Below are positions 59,883 through 64,000 of a stretch of DNA of 64,000 nucleotides, in pieces. The DNA comes from the human T2T-CHM13v2.0 reference genome, Homo sapiens. The position numbers were made by a program, and so were the translations under genes. Numbering within the stretch: the first letter of the stretch is position 1; each line of letters begins with the position of its first letter. The stretch lies in the NCBI RefSeq assembly GCF_009914755.1, contig NC_060936.1; one strand, given 5' to 3'. Under the pieces are notes generated by a model, which made no database searches, was not told where the DNA came from, and saw nothing but the letters and a program-made list of their open reading frames with translations.

Positions 59883-60670
59883 CCCAACATTTTATTTTCA
59901 AAAGTTTCAAACCTAGGGTAAAGTTGAAAAATAGTACAAAGAACCACTCTGTACCCTGCTTAGAATCGCCAGTTGTTAACATTTTGCATATTTGCTTTCC
60001 TTCTCTCTTTGTTTTCTTTTTCTCTGAAACATCTGAGAGTAAGTGGCAGATATCATGACATGTCACTCTTTAAAACTTCAGCACGTTTTTCCTATGAATA
60101 AGACATTCTCCAAATAACTACAATACCATTATTACACCCAAGACACTTAGTATTAATATACTAATATTTCATATATAGAGTCCTTATTCCAATTTTTTCA
60201 TGTTTCCCCAGTAATAGTCTTCATAACTACTTTATTTTTGATCCAGGATTCAAAGATCAAACATTGCCTTCTGTTATCATTTCTATTTAGGTTTCACTTA
60301 AATGAGAGAGTTCTTTTGCTTTCTTTCTCTTTTGTATAACCTTGACATTTTTTGAAGAGTATAGACAAGTTGTTTTACAGAATGACCCTTAATCTGGATT
60401 TGTTTTATCTATGATTTTCTCATTCTTAGATTCAGATTAAACATTTTTGGTGGTGTGTCCTTCACACTATAAAACATCAACAGGCATATGATATCAGTTT
60501 GCCCTGTTATTGGTGATATTAAATTTGATGAATTTAGTAAGGTAGTGTCAACCAAATCTGTCCATTTTAAAGGGATCCTTTTATTTTTATAATCATATGT
60601 GGGGTGATAATTTGAGACTGCATATCCTGTCTCCCCACAAACTTTCACTTAATAGATTTAGCACCCATGG
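59875..60670 (-). mobile_element. Old L1M (L1MC/ME-like) 3' end abutting the MGST1 poly(A) site
   Basis: ttttattttcaaaagtttcaaacc...aagttgaaaaatagtacaaagaac...ttaacattttgcatatttgc. Confidence 0.7.
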
Positions 60671-61177
60671 TTTCTACATATAACTATGTAGCACGTAAAT
60701 CACAAATTTAGATTTTTTTTGGTCTTAAGTGGAATGTGTACTTAAGTCTTTATAATAAAGGGTAAGCTTTTAAAGTATCAGTTTTTTCTTGTATATGCCA
60801 TCCATCTAATTTATATTAGTTTTTGATTTTCATATCTTTTGATGCATTTTAATTTTAAATATGTATTTCTCAAACAGTACTTTTAATGACATTTGTGAAT
60901 TGTTCATTTAGATGTGCCACTCAAGAGAAAAGTCACTGTGTTGTATTTTAGGTTTCATAGTTTGAGCAACTCTGAAGTCCATAAACAAAACCTATTAGAC
61001 AATTGACTACGTAGAATTCCATACAAGTTTCCTTTTACTTCTTTTCCTAATGTTAAAAAGCAGCTTTGCATGCTGTGGATCTTGGCCTTAGGAACGCTTT
61101 GTGGTGTAATTGACAGAAAAGACCACGAGCTCAGGAGGGAAAAGTCCGAAACCCATGAGTTGGCTCTGTGTGCATGA

Positions 61178-61223
61178 ACACGCACGCGTGCGCGCGCACA
61201 CACATACACACACACACACACAC
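61178..61223. repeat. CG/CA alternating purine-pyrimidine tract
   Basis: acacgcacgcgtgcgcgcgcacacacatacacacac... Confidence 0.9.
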
Positions 61224-62079
61224 CCTGCTCTGGAGTTGGGCAACTGACTTATGCTGTCTGATCTGCAGTTTCCTCAAACTTTACAAGATTTTTTGAAGGT
61301 CATATGCTTTTCTGTATGTGGAGCAATTTGAAAAAAGTATATTCTAAGCCATTAAGTGTTTCCCATGTGTGAATTATCTCAGTAATCTCTCAATCATAAA
61401 GATTCAGATAACTGAGTTCCTCCTGGTTTTGGGTCAGGTCTTTGTTGAACCATTATCACGTCTTTCATCGTTTTCTTAAATTTTCTTCTCACTTGGTGAT
61501 GCTTCTCTGAGTAGAAGCAGAATGGATTGTGGTTATTGTAGCAGTTATCCATTTAGCTACTAATATTTGATATTCATTAGTAGACAATTATTAGGGGAAA
61601 AGGACGTTTAAATTTTATATTCTCAGAGGTATAGGAACTATGTATATGAGCAGAACACACGTAAGGAAAAGTGCAAAAGTCTAGGGATTACCCAGTTCAG
61701 TTTCTAAATTTAAGTATAAGTTGTAAAAACAATTTAGAATAGTTTCTAACTATACTTTTACTCCCAAGAGAAGCTTTAGATACAGGGGGATTTATTAGTG
61801 AAACTGCTTTTATGAAGGAAGGTGGATGAAGGGGAAAGCTATTTACTGGTCTAGTCTCTCCTGAAACAAGGATTCCCCACCTGACTACAAGACAGAATTG
61901 GCTCTGGAGTGAAGTCTGTGTGCTAAGTGACTTTAACTTGTGATAGGACTCAGGTGGAATGGTACAGCTTGCCTTAACACTATTACTTATGAGGAATAGG
62001 ATGGGTTTGTTTTCATGTTTCTGCTACTTAATTTGAAAACAAAGATTGTGGTTATCTTTCTATCTGCATGCATATCTGT

Positions 62080-62081
<2 letters not shown>

Positions 62082-62112
<31 letters not shown>
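62082..62112. repeat. (CA)n microsatellite
   Basis: Direct sequence. Confidence 0.95.
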
Positions 62113-62115
<3 letters not shown>

Positions 62116-64000
62116 TACCATCATCGGTTCTAACCATTATGGATGCTTAGTAATTAGATAACATTGTTACTTTTTCAAACACCACCATCTCCCTTCATTC
62201 AGGCCTTGTTCTGTCCTCACCTGTCCTAAGGCAACTCCATCACAAGCAGTTCAAGGTCCACTGAAACTGGAAGATATTTATCTGTATCTATTATAGAGTC
62301 ATCATCTAGGGCAATGATGGGAGTTTTGGGGGCAGGGTTCAGTGACTCTCAAATGAAATTGGAGAGGGGTAGATTTTACCAGAATTACTGTAGCAAGGGC
62401 AAACGTACATTTATATAGATATTGAATCTGTATTATACTGGACAAAAGTTTGTATTTTTATATAATACTACATGATGTAGAATCTTCTTAATAGGTGGGA
62501 CATCTGTAAGATGGAAATGAATACATTGAATTAGAACAATTTTTGAAATATTCTGTGACTCTAAAAATTCTATTTACTCTGGAGGCAGGTGTTGGTCTAC
62601 TCTTTTCTCCATCTTGGGCATGTTGATGGATGGGGGTAGGTCATGAGATTTTTATGTACACTGAAAGCCTCCGTGGTTTAAACAAGGCTGAGAGATCCTT
62701 GTTGAATTAATGTCAAATAGACGAGTCTATTTTGAAGACTGAAAAAATGATTCTTTCAGGGCACAGGAGATCTTAGGCCCAGAAAGGCAGATTCAGAAGA
62801 ACCTACATGTAAATGAGACTGGAGTGGAAATGAGAATGGCAGGAAATGCATGGAAACAGACTTGTAACTGTCTCATGGCCTGGTCGTCCAAATCCCAGAG
62901 GTTAGTCCATTCTCCTGCTTTGGTCAAGCTGCCCTGGAAGCCTCTCTTAGGCTGCTGTTGGTTCTCTCTGCGGGATCACTGCTAAAGATCCCGGAGTCAC
63001 TCCATGTCCCAGTGTTCTGCACATTGCTGTATGTTGGCTTGTGTGGCCAAACAGCATGTTTGGTGAGTGTGGGTTTAAACCAAACAGAGTTAGAGGAATC
63101 AAATATTAAATGGCTTAAGACTAAGATAATCTGACACATCCATCATTCACTTCAAGATGGAGATGATCTCTCTTCAGTGAAACTTAAAACCTCAGTCTAT
63201 TGGCCACAGCACCCCACATTCAATTCACCTTTACACTTGGAATGACTCTGCAATTGGGACTAGCAAGGCCAAGTCTGATGACACAGGACCCTCACCACTG
63301 TGGGTGCTTGGATAGGTATAGTCAATGCTTATCTTTGTATATTTTTTCCTGTTTCTTGGGCTATCCAATCATTCTTCTGACTGATACATTCTCCCTTTCA
63401 CTACATTAAAACACAAAGAGGCTACTTCTTGGATCTAACCAATCAGGAAGTGACTTGGCATGTCTATGCTGAGTTTAGCTAGGAGGTTAACGATCAAAAG
63501 GTAATTGTACAATCTCTGATCCCTAGTTATTAGGGAGACCTCTCAAAACCCCTAAGCACTGCTGACTGCCACCTTCCCGATCTAACATTCAATGATTCTA
63601 AGGCCAGAAATTTTGCTAGGCAGTGAGGAGAAGGGCATGGAGTTTCGGACAACCAAAGTGTTAAATTTTAATGCAGTAAGGCCCAGTCCTAGGGAATCCT
63701 GATGGGTTCTATAAACCATTCACCTGAGAGCTCTACTTTATAAATAAAGAAACCAAAAAGAAAGTTTTCTGAGTTGCATAGTTGCATCACACTGATTCTT
63801 CATGGAGGCAGATGGTGAGAAGTGAGGCAATTTGCCTTGGGAGTCTTTACAATCCATTTAGAAACAGCAGCACAAAAATCCTATGATCATCTCCCCGCTG
63901 CCAGCCTGAAATGTCAGCCCTGTGGGAAGCTGCTAGGTGTTCCTAACATCAGCCAAAGCGGCACCTCTACATTCATACCTTTCAGGGTGCTTTATTCACT

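Overview
Human-type (primate) genomic DNA containing the complete MGST1 gene (microsomal glutathione S-transferase 1, MAPEG family) on the + strand. Three coding exons (49707-49832, 53059-53153, 59248-59494) join in frame to 468 nt = 155 aa + TAA. There is a small CpG-island promoter at about 42.9-43.2 kb, several candidate non-coding first exons (donors at 42638, 43164, 43352, 48921), a consensus NRF2 ARE about 500 bp upstream of the CpG-island exon, and an AATAAA at 59842. From recall, MGST1 lies at 12p12.3 between SLC15A5 and LMO3; neither neighbour is seen here. The upstream 42 kb is intergenic and repeat-rich: Alu, L1, L2, MIR, THE1/MLT, a decayed ERVL provirus with integrase and dUTPase remnants, a solo LTR12 and a second solo LTR. 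Almost all ORFs in the supplied track are repeat or low-complexity artefacts. I found no convincing novel multi-gene system. The most notable observations are: a mosaic locally templated insertion at about 28.6-28.9 kb; out-of-frame overlapping uORFs supplied by two alternative first exons and switchable by a tandem acceptor; an intronic CTCF site in a CpG-retaining patch; additional ARE candidates; a candidate downstream alternative coding exon; and a promoter-like unit at about 20.4 kb. Repeat subfamily names and boundaries were assigned by eye and are approximate.
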